A stretch of 64,000 bases of DNA from Candidatus Omnitrophota bacterium (GCA_016867115.1 VGKG01000003.1:673-64672), one strand, 5' to 3'. Shown: positions 27,611 to 37,358, counted from the stretch's first letter. The notes: a model not told the origin generated them from the sequence alone. Numbers and translations are program-made.

Positions 27611-28642
27611 ATGCAGGATATCAAAGACCTGAATAAGGAGGAACTATCCGCCCTTCTTAAAAAATGGCAAGAGCCGGTGTACCATGCCGGGCAGATCCTT
27701 TCCTGGATCTATAAAAAGGGGGCCGCGGATTTCTCCCGGATGAGCGACTTATCCCTCTCCTTAAGAGAGAAGCTGAAAGAGGGCTTTTATATTCTGGGTT
27801 TAAAGCCTGTTTCTACCCGGAAGTCAGAAGATGATACAGAAAAGCTTCTCTTCGAACTTAAGGATGGCAATCTTATTGAATCGGTGATCATCCCGGCAAA
27901 GGAGAGGACCACGGGCTGCGTCTCAACGCAGGTAGGCTGCAAGTCCGGCTGCCGATTCTGCGCAAGCGGCATGCTTGGCTTTAAAAGAAATCTTAGCGCA
28001 GGAGAGATCCTGGAAGAAGTCCTGCAGATGAATACATATATCTTGCCCGGTAAACTTACCCACATTGTATTTATGGGTATCGGCGAGCCGCTGGATAATT
28101 ACGACAACGTTTTAAAGGCGATCCGGATCATTAATTCCGATTATAGTTTTAATATCGCAAGCCGCCGGATCACCATTTCAAGCTGCGGCATCATCCCGGG
28201 GATCAGGAAGCTGGCAAAGGAGAACCTGCAGGTTGAGCTTTCCATTTCTCTGCACGCAGCCGAAGATAAGACGCGCTCTGAGCTTATGCCGGTGAACAAA
28301 AAATATCCTTTAAAAGAGCTGATGGCATGCCTGCGCGAGTACATCTCGGAGACTGACCGCCAGGTCACCTTTGAATACGTCCTGATCCGGGGGCTGAATG
28401 CGGATTTGCAAAGTGCCGTAAGTTTAAGTAAAATATTAAAGCCGCTTAAGCTTTGTAAGGTGAACCTGCTCCCGGCCAATCCGATCGAAGAGCTGGGAAT
28501 CGAGCCGCCGGGAAAATTAGAGATCCTGTTTTTCCGGGATTATCTGCTGAAGAAAGGGATAAACACGACTTTAAGGATGCCGCGCGGCCGGGATATCGAG
28601 GCTGCCTGCGGACAGTTGAGGTTAAGATATGAGAAGAAATAG
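27611..28642 (+). CDS. rlmN: 23S rRNA (adenine2503-C2)/tRNA methyltransferase RlmN, radical SAM
   Basis: GCKSGCRFC cluster motif and conserved RlmN N-terminal domain. 343 aa. Confidence 0.85.
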   Translation: MQDIKDLNKEELSALLKKWQEPVYHAGQILSWIYKKGAADFSRMSDLSLSLREKLKEGFYILGLKPVSTRKSEDDTEKLLFELKDGNLIESVIIPAKERTTGCVSTQVGCKSGCRFCASGMLGFKRNLSAGEILEEVLQMNTYILPGKLTHIVFMGIGEPLDNYDNVLKAIRIINSDYSFNIASRRITISSCGIIPGIRKLAKENLQVELSISLHAAEDKTRSELMPVNKKYPLKELMACLREYISETDRQVTFEYVLIRGLNADLQSAVSLSKILKPLKLCKVNLLPANPIEELGIEPPGKLEILFFRDYLLKKGINTTLRMPRGRDIEAACGQLRLRYEKK

Positions 28643-29273
28643 GCTTTGGGTCCTATTGTTCTATAGTTCTATAGTTCTACTGTTAAATGGATGCGTTAAG
28701 AGAGAGATCAAGAATATTGATTCCAAGGGGACTAACATCATCTGTTTCGGCGACAGCCTTACCTTTGGCTACGGAGTAGGCGGTGGCGAAGACTATCCGT
28801 CGGCATTAGCCAAGATGCTGGATATTCCGGTGATCAACGCCGGCATCGACGGAGATACCTCTACAGAGGCCCTGAAGCGCATAGGCTCCGATGTCCTGAA
28901 CCGCAAACCGCTTTTGGTGATTTTGGAGTTCGGAGGGAACGATTTCTTAAGGAAGGTGCCTAAAGAAGTCACAGTAGACAATGTCAGGCAGATGGTGAGG
29001 GAGATCCAGAAAGCCGGGGCAATGGTAGCGGTTGTCGACATCAGCGCCGGGCTATTCTTAAGGGATTACCGGATACTGCTTTCGCGCATCGCCCGCCAGG
29101 ACCAGGCCATATTTGTACCGGCGGTATTAAGCGGGATCATCACCGATCCCACCATGAAGAGCGACTTCATCCATCCAAACGGCGAAGGCTACAAGCTGAT
29201 CGCAGAGCGCATCCACCGCGCTATCTCGCCTTACCTGGAAAAGCAGGCCCGCTCAAAGAGCCCCAAAAAATAA
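28629..29273 (+). CDS. SGNH/GDSL hydrolase (arylesterase/TesA-like lipoprotein)
   Basis: IICFGDSLTFGYG block I and GGNDF block III. Confidence 0.8.
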   Translation: MRRNRLWVLLFYSSIVLLLNGCVKREIKNIDSKGTNIICFGDSLTFGYGVGGGEDYPSALAKMLDIPVINAGIDGDTSTEALKRIGSDVLNRKPLLVILEFGGNDFLRKVPKEVTVDNVRQMVREIQKAGAMVAVVDISAGLFLRDYRILLSRIARQDQAIFVPAVLSGIITDPTMKSDFIHPNGEGYKLIAERIHRAISPYLEKQARSKSPKK

Positions 29274-29291
29274 GCGGACCCAAAGGTCCGC
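29262..29291 (-). terminator. hairpin + T-tract terminator for the minus-strand tRNA-Leu (overlaps the GDSL gene end)
   Basis: GCGGACC-caaa-GGTCCGC stem. On the minus strand it is followed by TTATTTTTTGGGG. Confidence 0.4.
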
Positions 29292-29294
29292 GAT

Positions 29295-29380
29295 TGGTGC
29301 CGGAGAAGGGACTTGAACCCCCATGAGGTTGCCCTCAGTAGCTTTTGAGGCTACCGCGTCTGCCATTTCGCCACTCCGGC
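29295..29380 (-). tRNA. tRNA-Leu (anticodon CAA)
   Basis: Reverse complement GCCGGAG...CTCAAAA...long variable arm...GGTTCAAGTCC...CTCCGGCACCA. 86 nt with encoded CCA. Confidence 0.85.
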
Positions 29381-29523
29381 GATTTTTATTAGTTGACGGG
29401 TTTCATTTTATATTCTAAAATAGCAAAGGTCAAGCAGGAAATACGCTTTTCGACGCGGCAAGCCAATAAATAATTGCCATGCTCAGGGTAAGTTCTCAGA
29501 TAAATTAAACGAAGGAACTTTTT

Positions 29524-29599
29524 GGGGCCGTAGCTCAATTGGGAGAGCACTTGCATGGCATGCAAGGGGTCGAGGGTTCGAATCCCTCCGGCTCCACCA
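29524..29599 (+). tRNA. tRNA-Ala (anticodon GGC)
   Basis: GGGGCCGTAGCTCAATTGGGAGAGC...CTTGCATGGCATGCAAG...GGTTCGAATCC...CGGCTCCACCA. G3:U70 identity pair present. Confidence 0.9.
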
Positions 29600-29633
29600 A
29601 ATACAAAATCTGGCGCCACTCCCCTAAAATATA

Positions 29634-29659
29634 AGGGCGGTTCATCACCGCCCTTTTTA
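29634..29659 (+). terminator. rho-independent terminator after tRNA-Ala
   Basis: AGGGCGGT-tcat-CACCGCCCT followed by TTTTT. Confidence 0.55.
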
Positions 29660-29711
29660 AATAAGGGGCAGGATTGACGCGCCTGATAAAGAGGAGTATA
29701 ATTTAACCAAT

Positions 29712-30557
29712 ATGCTGCTGGGTTTACAGGTCTCTACCGAAGGAAAAATATACGAGGCGCCGGAGCGCGCGAAACTGCTTGGCTGCAATACCATGCAGAT
29801 CTTCGGCCGCAACCCCCAGCAGTGGCGCAAGGACTTTCTGGATCCGCAGGATATCCGGGAGTTCATCCGGCAAAAGGCTGACTGCGGCATAAAGCCGGTA
29901 TTTATTCATATCCCGTATCTGATTAATCTGGCTTCCCCTAATCCGCGGCTTTATGAAGCTTCCATTGAAGCCTACATCGAAGATATGGTGGAAGCAGAAG
30001 CCCTGGAGGCAGATTACATCGTCACCCACATGGGCAGCCATAAGGAGACGACGGAGGAGGCCGGGATAGAGAGGCTGATCGACGCCTTAAACCGCATCGC
30101 GGATAAGACAACAAGCACCCACGTCGGGATTTTGCTTGAGAATACCGCTGGCAGCGGCTCCTGGCTCGGTTATAAGTTCATCCACCAGAAGAAGATCCTC
30201 GAGGGATTGAAACAGAAGAAGCGTTTCGGGCTCTGTTTTGACACGGCACACGCATATCTGGCAGGATATGACCTGGCGACTAAAGAAGGACTGGAGAAGA
30301 CTCTGGCGGAAATAGATGACCTGGTTGGAATGAATCTGATCAAAGCCATCCACCTGAATGACGCCAAGGGCAAGCTCGGTTCAAATGTGGACCGGCACGA
30401 CCACATCGGTAAGGGGAATATCGGCTTAGAGGGGATGAGGCGCATCATCAATCATCCCAAGCTGCGCGACCTTCCTTTTATCCTGGAGACGCCGAAAAAA
30501 AGCGATACTGACGACCGGATGAACCTTGAGATAGTCAGGAGATTAAGAGTCAATTAG
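29712..30557 (+). CDS. nfo: deoxyribonuclease IV / AP endonuclease family 2
   Basis: 281 aa TIM-barrel AP endonuclease 2 pattern (HxxYLINLAS, HMGSH, DTAH, HLND). Confidence 0.85.
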   Translation: MLLGLQVSTEGKIYEAPERAKLLGCNTMQIFGRNPQQWRKDFLDPQDIREFIRQKADCGIKPVFIHIPYLINLASPNPRLYEASIEAYIEDMVEAEALEADYIVTHMGSHKETTEEAGIERLIDALNRIADKTTSTHVGILLENTAGSGSWLGYKFIHQKKILEGLKQKKRFGLCFDTAHAYLAGYDLATKEGLEKTLAEIDDLVGMNLIKAIHLNDAKGKLGSNVDRHDHIGKGNIGLEGMRRIINHPKLRDLPFILETPKKSDTDDRMNLEIVRRLRVN

Positions 30558-30562
30558 GAGAG

Positions 30563-30973
30563 TTGCCCCATATGGCCTACAGAATATTATTAGTCGATGA
30601 CGATAAGGAGATAGTCCAGACCCTGCAAAAGTCGCTGGTGCGCGAAGGCTATGAGGTAATACCGGCTTTTGACGGCGAGGAGGCCCTGGCCAAGCTGAAA
30701 GATTCGGATCCGGATATCGTGCTGCTTGACCTGATGCTGCCGAAAGTGAGCGGCCATGAGGTCTTAAGCGCCATCCGTAAAGTTCATAAAGACAAGTGGC
30801 GGCCGGTGATCGTCATCAGCGCAAAAGACGAGCTGGAATCGGTGATGCAGACTTACCGCCTGGACGCGGACCACTATCTGACCAAGCCCTGCGAATTAGA
30901 GCATATTTTGCGCGGGATAAGGACGATGATCTCGCTTATGCCGATGCGTAAAGATGAGGAAACGCAAGAATGA
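30563..30973 (+). CDS. single-domain response regulator (CheY-like receiver)
   Basis: ILLVDDD...DIVLLDLMLP...VIVISAK receiver motifs. Confidence 0.75.
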   Translation: MPHMAYRILLVDDDKEIVQTLQKSLVREGYEVIPAFDGEEALAKLKDSDPDIVLLDLMLPKVSGHEVLSAIRKVHKDKWRPVIVISAKDELESVMQTYRLDADHYLTKPCELEHILRGIRTMISLMPMRKDEETQE

Positions 30974-33372
30974 TCTATGCCTTTAAAGAAATAGAGGAAA
31001 AATGGCAGAAGTCCTGGCAGGCCTCAAGGCTTTTTAACGTAAAAGCCGATCCCAAACGGAAGAAGTATTATCTCCTTGAGATGTTCCCTTATCCGTCGGG
31101 AAAGATCCATATGGGCCATGTGCGTAATTACACGATCGGCGATGTAGCGGCGCGCTTTAAGATGATGCAGGGCTTTGAAATCCTGCACCCCATGGGCTTT
31201 GACGCCTTCGGCCAGCCGGCAGAGAACGCCGCCATTAAGAACAAGACCAAACCTGACATCTGGACCTACAAGTGCATTGACTGGATGCGCGAGGAATTAA
31301 GGAAGATGGGCTTCTCCTACGACTGGGAAAGGGAGGTCTCCACCTGCGACAGCTCTTATTATAGATGGAACCAGTGGATCTTTTTAAAGATGTTTGAGCG
31401 CGGGCTTGCCTATAAAAAGGAATCGAGCGTTAACTGGTGCCCGTCTTGCGAGACCACGCTGGCTAATGAGGAGGTAGTCGATGGCGGCTGCTGGCGCTGC
31501 TCAACCAAGGTGAAGCTGCGCGACCTTGAGCAGTGGTATCTGAAGATTACCGATTATAAAGAGAGGCTCCTGGAAGACCTGGAGGGACTAGGGCATTGGC
31601 CGGAGCGCGTGCTGGCCATGCAGGCGAACTGGATCGGCAAAAGCTCTGGGGTTGAGATCTATTTCCGGCGCAAAGACAATAATGCGATTATCCCGGTCTT
31701 TACTACGAGAGCGGATACGATATTCGGCGCGACTTACATCGTGCTTGCTCCGGAGCTTCCTTTAGTAAAAGAGCTCATCAAGGGTAAGCCTCAGGAAAAA
31801 CAGATCCTTGACTTTATCGACAAGGTGACCAAGGAGAGTAAAGTCATCCGCACTGCCTCAGACGTAAAAAAAGAGGGGTATTTTACCGGCGCTTATGCCG
31901 TAAATCCGGTAAACAACGAAGAGGTGCCTATTTGGGTCGCGGATTATGTCTTGATGGAATACGGGACCGGTGCGATCATGGCTGTGCCTACTCATGACCA
32001 AAGGGATTTCCTTTTTGCCGGAGAGCATGGCCTGCCGATGAGGATTGTTATAAGGTCACCAGGTCACCAGGTCACAACGTCACCGGAGAACCTTAGTGAG
32101 GCATATGAAGGACCCGGCATACAGGTCAATTCCGCGCAGTTTGACGGATTAAATAATCAGGAAGCCAAGGTAAAGATCGCCGAATGGATGGAGGCGACCA
32201 AAATCGGCAAGATCAAGACGCACTGGCGCTTGCGCGACTGGCTAATTTCGCGCCAGCGTTTCTGGGGTACGCCCATCCCGATGATTTATTGTAAGGCCTG
32301 CGGCGTGGTTCCTGTGCCGGAAGCGGATCTACCCGTAGAGTTGCCCAAGGATGCGCCTTTTACCGGCGCAGGCGGCAGCCCTCTGGGTAAAGTAAAGGAG
32401 TTTGTAGAAGTAAAATGCCCCAGGTGCGGCAGCCGTGCCAGGCGCGAGACAGATACTATGGCCACCTTCTTTGACTCGTCATGGTATTTCTTAAGGTTCT
32501 GCTCGCCTAAGTCCGATAAGCTTCCCTTTGATAAGGAGGAGGCAGGCTACTGGATGCCGGTGGACCAGTACATCGGCGGTATTGAGCATGCGATCCTGCA
32601 CCTTTTATATTCGCGCTTCTTTACCAAGTTTTTTCAGGACTTGGGGATGGTGGCATTCAAAGAGCCGTTTAAGCGCCTGCTCACGCAGGGCATGGTCCTT
32701 AAAGACGGGGAAGTGATGTCTAAATCCAGGGGCAATATCGTCGACCCTGATTCGATCATCAAGAAATACGGCGCAGATACCCTGCGTCTATTCATTCTCT
32801 TTGCCGCGCCCCCGGAAACGGAGCTGGAGTGGGATGACCGCGGCATAGAGGGCGCATTTAAGTTCTTAAACCGCGTCTGGCGGATACAGGAGAACCTCAT
32901 GCCTGCGGCCAGCCCGGAGGTTGTGCGCGTTCTGCATAAGACGATTAAAAAAGTGACTGAAGATTTCCAGGACTTTAAGTTCAATACTGCTATCGCCAGC
33001 CTCATGGAACTGACCAACGCGATCTATCAATCGGGAGCGGATAAAGAGGTATTTGCGAAACTCATCATCCTGCTTAGCCCGATCGCACCGCATTTTTGCG
33101 AAGAGCTCTGGCAGATCCTGGGAAATAAGGAGAGTATTTTCATGACCAGGTGGCTCGAGCATGAAGAGCGCTTCCTGATCGAAGAGACGGTCGCCGTGGT
33201 CATCCAGGTGAACGGCAAGGTGCGCTCAAAGATCGAGGTGCCTGCTGACATCAGCGAAGATAAGCTTAAAGAGCTGGTGCTGGCCGACGAAAAGACCAGG
33301 GCCTGGCTTAAAGATTCCCCGCCGAAGAGCTTCATCATCGTCCCCAAAAAACTCGTCAACATCGTCATCTAA
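30970..33372 (+). CDS. leuS: leucine--tRNA ligase
   Basis: HMGHVRNY (HIGH) and VMSKSRGN (KMSKS) motifs. 800 aa. Confidence 0.95.
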   Translation: MIYAFKEIEEKWQKSWQASRLFNVKADPKRKKYYLLEMFPYPSGKIHMGHVRNYTIGDVAARFKMMQGFEILHPMGFDAFGQPAENAAIKNKTKPDIWTYKCIDWMREELRKMGFSYDWEREVSTCDSSYYRWNQWIFLKMFERGLAYKKESSVNWCPSCETTLANEEVVDGGCWRCSTKVKLRDLEQWYLKITDYKERLLEDLEGLGHWPERVLAMQANWIGKSSGVEIYFRRKDNNAIIPVFTTRADTIFGATYIVLAPELPLVKELIKGKPQEKQILDFIDKVTKESKVIRTASDVKKEGYFTGAYAVNPVNNEEVPIWVADYVLMEYGTGAIMAVPTHDQRDFLFAGEHGLPMRIVIRSPGHQVTTSPENLSEAYEGPGIQVNSAQFDGLNNQEAKVKIAEWMEATKIGKIKTHWRLRDWLISRQRFWGTPIPMIYCKACGVVPVPEADLPVELPKDAPFTGAGGSPLGKVKEFVEVKCPRCGSRARRETDTMATFFDSSWYFLRFCSPKSDKLPFDKEEAGYWMPVDQYIGGIEHAILHLLYSRFFTKFFQDLGMVAFKEPFKRLLTQGMVLKDGEVMSKSRGNIVDPDSIIKKYGADTLRLFILFAAPPETELEWDDRGIEGAFKFLNRVWRIQENLMPAASPEVVRVLHKTIKKVTEDFQDFKFNTAIASLMELTNAIYQSGADKEVFAKLIILLSPIAPHFCEELWQILGNKESIFMTRWLEHEERFLIEETVAVVIQVNGKVRSKIEVPADISEDKLKELVLADEKTRAWLKDSPPKSFIIVPKKLVNIVI

Positions 33373-33389
33373 AAAATCCGGTTAGATTC

Positions 33390-33430
33390 TGCCTCCTTCT
33401 GTATCAGTTGTATTAGAAGGAGGCATTTTT
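33390..33430 (+). terminator. leuS terminator hairpin whose 3' arm contains the comEA Shine-Dalgarno
   Basis: TGCCTCCTTCT-(14 nt loop)-AGAAGGAGGCA followed by TTTTT, then ATG at 33431. Confidence 0.5.
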
Positions 33431-33760
33431 ATGTTCAGCCTGACCCGGCAGGAGAGGCAGGTGATCCTGTTTCTGATGGCCACGGCCTTATTCGGCACAG
33501 GGATAGATTTTCTGGTGAAGCGTTACTCGCCGGAGAGAAGGATCCCCTCTTTTGGCCAGAACATCGGAAGGATCAACCTGAACACTGCCGGCCCCGAACT
33601 GCTTGAAGAGCTACCCGGCATAGGCCAGAAGCTCGCCTCAAGGATCATCGAATATCGCGATCAGTCGGGCGGGTTCGATTCCGTAGAAGAGTTAAAGCAG
33701 GTCAAGGGGATCACTGTTTATCGTTTTGAGAAGATCAAGGATTCGCTTTGCATAAAATGA
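33431..33760 (+). CDS. comEA: ComEA-family helix-hairpin-helix DNA-binding protein
   Basis: INLNTAGPELLEELPGIGQKLASRIIEYR HhH motif. N-terminal TM segment. Confidence 0.75.
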   Translation: MFSLTRQERQVILFLMATALFGTGIDFLVKRYSPERRIPSFGQNIGRINLNTAGPELLEELPGIGQKLASRIIEYRDQSGGFDSVEELKQVKGITVYRFEKIKDSLCIK

Positions 33761-35094
33761 CGCGGCCGTTGGTAGTTTTAACTATCGCTTTTTGCAGCGG
33801 CATAATCTTTAGCCGTTTATGCCAAGTTCCTTTTTGGGCCATTTTTTTGCCCAATGCCTTTATCCTTGCCCTGATTTTAATCAGCCGCAAGACAATGAGA
33901 GCCCTCTTAATCATCCTCGCCTTTGGCCTGGGGGCAATCTTCCGGGTGAATGCCTATAATCTGGCTGAATCCCATGTATTAAGGTCAAAGCTCAAGTCGC
34001 ATCTTGTAGTAAAGGGCATAGTTGAAGATATTCCGCAGATAAGGGGTAACCGTACGATCTTTCCCCTGAAAGTAGAAGCAATCGAGGCAGGAAATACCGC
34101 CCGCCGATCCTGCGGGACGCTGCGCATTTTCCTGAATGGCAGGCCGGATTTTTCCTACGGTGATGAGCTTATCCTGAAAGGAAGGTTAGAAAAGGCCGCG
34201 GTCATGCGCGTGCGCTCTCTGAGCGATGTTACGAGAGTCAGCAGAAATAAAGGATTCTTTCTGAAGAGGGTTGCGCTTTGGGCCAGGAGAGAGAGCGGCA
34301 TTAGAATGCAACGGTATACTTCGAGCCTCACTTCGGCGGTCCTTTCGGCGATGGTGCTCGGCGAAAAAAGAAACATCCCCTGGTTCGTGAACAACCTGAT
34401 GGTCAGGACCGGGACGGTACATATTCTGGTGGTGAGCGGTTTTAATGTGGGGATCGTAAGCTTTACCGTGCTCCTGATTTTGAAGTTGCTCAGGGTCCGC
34501 AGGGATACGCGCTTTATTATTACGATCAGCTGCCTCATCTTTTATTGCCTGCTTACCGGAGCCTCCACCCCGGTGGTACGGGCCACGATAATGGCCGTAT
34601 TTTTTCTTTCTGGATACCTGATCAGGAGAGAGCCGGATATCTATAATTCCTTAAGTATGGCGGCGTTATTTATCCTTGTATTTAATCCGGGCCAGTTGTT
34701 TGATATCGGTTTTCAGCTTTCTTTTGTCAGTGTCCTGGCCATAGTCTGCCTCTACCCAGCCCTTTCTAAACTTATCGCTAAGTATTTTTTTAAAAAGGGC
34801 TGGGTGAAGTTCCTTATAGACAGCCTCCTGATTTCTCTCTCTGCGTGGCTGGGCACCTGCGCCTTTATTGCCTATTACTTCAGGATTTTTTCCCCGGTTA
34901 CGGTGCTGGCTAACCTCTTTGTCGTGCCGCTGGCTACTCTGATCACTTTGTGCGGTTTCAGCCTGGTCCTTATAAGCCTGATATGCCCTGCCCTAGGTTT
35001 TGCCTTCGGCTCCTCAGCCGAAGCCCTGGTTTTCATTCTGTTACGCATTAACGCCTCTCTGGCGGATCTGCCCGGCGCCTGCCTGAAGTTTTAG
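33748..35094 (+). CDS. comEC: ComEC/Rec2-family membrane protein (no C-terminal metallo-beta-lactamase domain)
   Basis: DUF4131-like N-terminus plus a polytopic competence domain (HILVVSGFNVGIV). 448 aa. Confidence 0.7.
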   Translation: MHKMTRPLVVLTIAFCSGIIFSRLCQVPFWAIFLPNAFILALILISRKTMRALLIILAFGLGAIFRVNAYNLAESHVLRSKLKSHLVVKGIVEDIPQIRGNRTIFPLKVEAIEAGNTARRSCGTLRIFLNGRPDFSYGDELILKGRLEKAAVMRVRSLSDVTRVSRNKGFFLKRVALWARRESGIRMQRYTSSLTSAVLSAMVLGEKRNIPWFVNNLMVRTGTVHILVVSGFNVGIVSFTVLLILKLLRVRRDTRFIITISCLIFYCLLTGASTPVVRATIMAVFFLSGYLIRREPDIYNSLSMAALFILVFNPGQLFDIGFQLSFVSVLAIVCLYPALSKLIAKYFFKKGWVKFLIDSLLISLSAWLGTCAFIAYYFRIFSPVTVLANLFVVPLATLITLCGFSLVLISLICPALGFAFGSSAEALVFILLRINASLADLPGACLKF

Positions 35095-35145
35095 GGCTAA
35101 GGGCAGGATTGACAAACCCGTATATCTGTGTTAAATTAACCTATT

Positions 35146-36144
35146 ATGTTTAAGCGTTTAATCCTGATCAGCGTAATCCTTTTTGGCCTGGCCGCAGGGC
35201 CGCTTCATGCCTACTGGATCTGGACGCCCAAGACCGGAAAGTGGGTAAACCCTAAGACCCTGCCCAAGCCCACGCCTAAAGAGCAGTTTGAATACGCGAT
35301 GAGCTTCTATAATATCAAGAAGTTTAAAGAGGCGCGGATCGAGTTTAAGAAGCTCCTGAAGGCCTACCCTAAATCCTTTGAGGCCTCCGAAAGCCAGTAT
35401 TACCTGGGCCGGGTTGAGGAAGAGCAGGGCAATATCTATGAAGCCTACCTTGCCTACCAGATGCTCATCGATAAGTACCCTTTTTCCGAGCGGATCCAGG
35501 AAGTCAATGAGCGCGAATACAAGATCGCCGAGCGCTTTATGGCCGGCGAAAAACGCAAGGCCATGGGCGTTGCCCTTCCGGTAGAAAACCCGGCGATAGA
35601 GATCTTTACCAGGGTGGTGGAGAACTCCACCTACGGGCCGCTGGCGCCGAAAGCGCAGTATAAACTGGGGCTCCTCTTAAAGAGCCTGATGCGTTATTAC
35701 GAGGCAGAAGAGGCCTTCAATAAGCTGCTTGCCAATTATCCGGACAGCGAATGGGCGGAGGCGGCGAAGTTCCAGCTGGCGGAGAGCCGCGCGGCGGAGA
35801 GCCGCGGGCCCGAGTATGACCAGGGCGCGACCACGGAGGCGAAGCAGAAATTTGAGGACTTCATCAAGAGCCACCCGGACGCAGCACTCTCCCGCGAGGC
35901 ACAGAAGAATATCCAGCAGCTGCGGGTGAAAGAGGCGGCCAGCAATTATAATATCGGCCGTTTTTACGAGAAGCAGAAGGCTTATGAGGCGGCAAAGATC
36001 TATTACGATGAAGTGCTCAACAGCCTTCCGGACAGCGATTGGGCAAAGAAGGCCTCGGATAGGCTTGAGATAATCGAGAAGTTAACGGAGAAGAAAAATG
36101 TTGTGCCTAAGGGGAAGAAGAAAAAGCTTTTCTTTGGTTCTTAG
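35146..36144 (+). CDS. TPR-repeat protein, BamD/YfiO-like
   Basis: Signal peptide and multiple TPR-like repeats (YYLGRV..., AKFQLAESRA...). No lipobox Cys. Confidence 0.5.
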   Translation: MFKRLILISVILFGLAAGPLHAYWIWTPKTGKWVNPKTLPKPTPKEQFEYAMSFYNIKKFKEARIEFKKLLKAYPKSFEASESQYYLGRVEEEQGNIYEAYLAYQMLIDKYPFSERIQEVNEREYKIAERFMAGEKRKAMGVALPVENPAIEIFTRVVENSTYGPLAPKAQYKLGLLLKSLMRYYEAEEAFNKLLANYPDSEWAEAAKFQLAESRAAESRGPEYDQGATTEAKQKFEDFIKSHPDAALSREAQKNIQQLRVKEAASNYNIGRFYEKQKAYEAAKIYYDEVLNSLPDSDWAKKASDRLEIIEKLTEKKNVVPKGKKKKLFFGS

Positions 36145-36667
36145 CCTGCTTTTGGCGGGCTCTTTGTTCCAGGCCGGCGGCTGCGGCTATACTACGCGTT
36201 CGGCGATCAGCAAGGAATACAGCACTATTTACATCACGCCTTTTGTGAACAAGGTGGATATCACCCAGGAATCCTATTCCCAGAATAAATACCGGATCTA
36301 CCGGCCGACGATAGAGTCGGACATTACCAAGGTGGTGATTGACAGGTTCCTCGTTGACGGCAACCTCAAGCCACTGAGAGAGGATTCCGCGGACCTCATC
36401 CTTAAGGGGGAACTGACGGAATACCGCCGCGACCCATTAAGATACGACGATAACGATAATGTCACCGAATACCGCATAAATCTTGTGGTCAATATTTCCC
36501 TCTACGACCGCAAAAACGATAAACTGCTTTGGGAGGAGAACGGTTTCACCGGAGACTACAGTTATTTCACCACCGGCAACTTAGCCGTCCCCGAAGAAGT
36601 CGCGGTAAATAATGCCCTGGACGACCTGGCGCGCAGGATCGTCGAGCGCGCAGTCGAACAGTGGTAG
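36098..36667 (+). CDS. lptE: LPS-assembly lipoprotein LptE-like
   Basis: Lipoprotein signal ...LFQAGGCGYTTRS (compare the LptE GCGYxLRG motif). About 190 aa. Conserved leuS-lptE-holA neighbourhood. Confidence 0.55.
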   Translation: MLCLRGRRKSFSLVLSLLLAGSLFQAGGCGYTTRSAISKEYSTIYITPFVNKVDITQESYSQNKYRIYRPTIESDITKVVIDRFLVDGNLKPLREDSADLILKGELTEYRRDPLRYDDNDNVTEYRINLVVNISLYDRKNDKLLWEENGFTGDYSYFTTGNLAVPEEVAVNNALDDLARRIVERAVEQW

Positions 36668-36671
36668 GCAT

Positions 36672-37358
36672 ATGGTCTATCTGTTTGTCGGAAGCGACCC
36701 ACCCGCCAAAGACGCCCAGCTGAAAAAGATCAGGCTGCAGGCCCTGGATCAGCACACCGAGCAGTTCAATCTGGATGTATTGTACGCAAGGGACACCTCT
36801 CTTAAAGAGCTGCAGGAGAAGCTGTTTTATCTTCCGGTAAAAAGCCTGAAGCGCGTAGTGGTGGTAAGGGGCGCAGAGGACCTGAAGGAAGAATCGAGGG
36901 AATACCTTGCGCAATACGTAAAAACTCCCCCTAAACAGACTATTTTGGTGCTGGATATCGATACCCGTCAGCAGAAAGGCGCGTTCGGGAAAAACGACAG
37001 ACTGGAGTCTTTTATCCGCCGGATATCCGGATACGCCAAGACTATCCGTTTCCAGGAAGACCCAAGGCCCGATACTTTCAGCCTCGGCAGGCAGATAAAC
37101 CTGAGGCGGCCTGACGCGGCCTTAAAGATCCTGCGTGAGCTGACGAGATTCAATGACGAAAGAAAGCTGGCGCCTCTGATCCTGGGGGTCCTGAGGGCTA
37201 ACTTCGAGAGGGAGGTCGCAGAACCGCTTGAGTTAAGAAGGAGGCTCAAGCTCCTTTTGGCCTGCGACCTGGAAATAAAAACGGGCAAACTTAAAGCCTC
37301 GTTTGCCCTGGAAAAACTGATCGTCGCTTTATGCGGCCTTAGAAAGGCGCTTCATTAA
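36672..37358 (+). CDS. holA: DNA polymerase III delta subunit
   Basis: MVYLFVGSD N-terminus typical of HolA. Position after lptE matches E. coli synteny. Start chosen at an internal ATG of the longer ORF. Confidence 0.65.
   Translation: MVYLFVGSDPPAKDAQLKKIRLQALDQHTEQFNLDVLYARDTSLKELQEKLFYLPVKSLKRVVVVRGAEDLKEESREYLAQYVKTPPKQTILVLDIDTRQQKGAFGKNDRLESFIRRISGYAKTIRFQEDPRPDTFSLGRQINLRRPDAALKILRELTRFNDERKLAPLILGVLRANFEREVAEPLELRRRLKLLLACDLEIKTGKLKASFALEKLIVALCGLRKALH

Noticed and set aside
32049-32085. AGGTCACC-type direct repeats inside leuS
   Set aside because: In-frame and encode a short Pro/Thr-rich insertion (RSPGHQVTTSPEN) in a variable loop. It is a coding low-complexity segment, not a repeat element.
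35760-35830. GCGGAGAGCCGCGCGGCGGAGAGCCGCG duplication
   Set aside because: In-frame AESRAAESRG duplication within the TPR protein. Coding microduplication.
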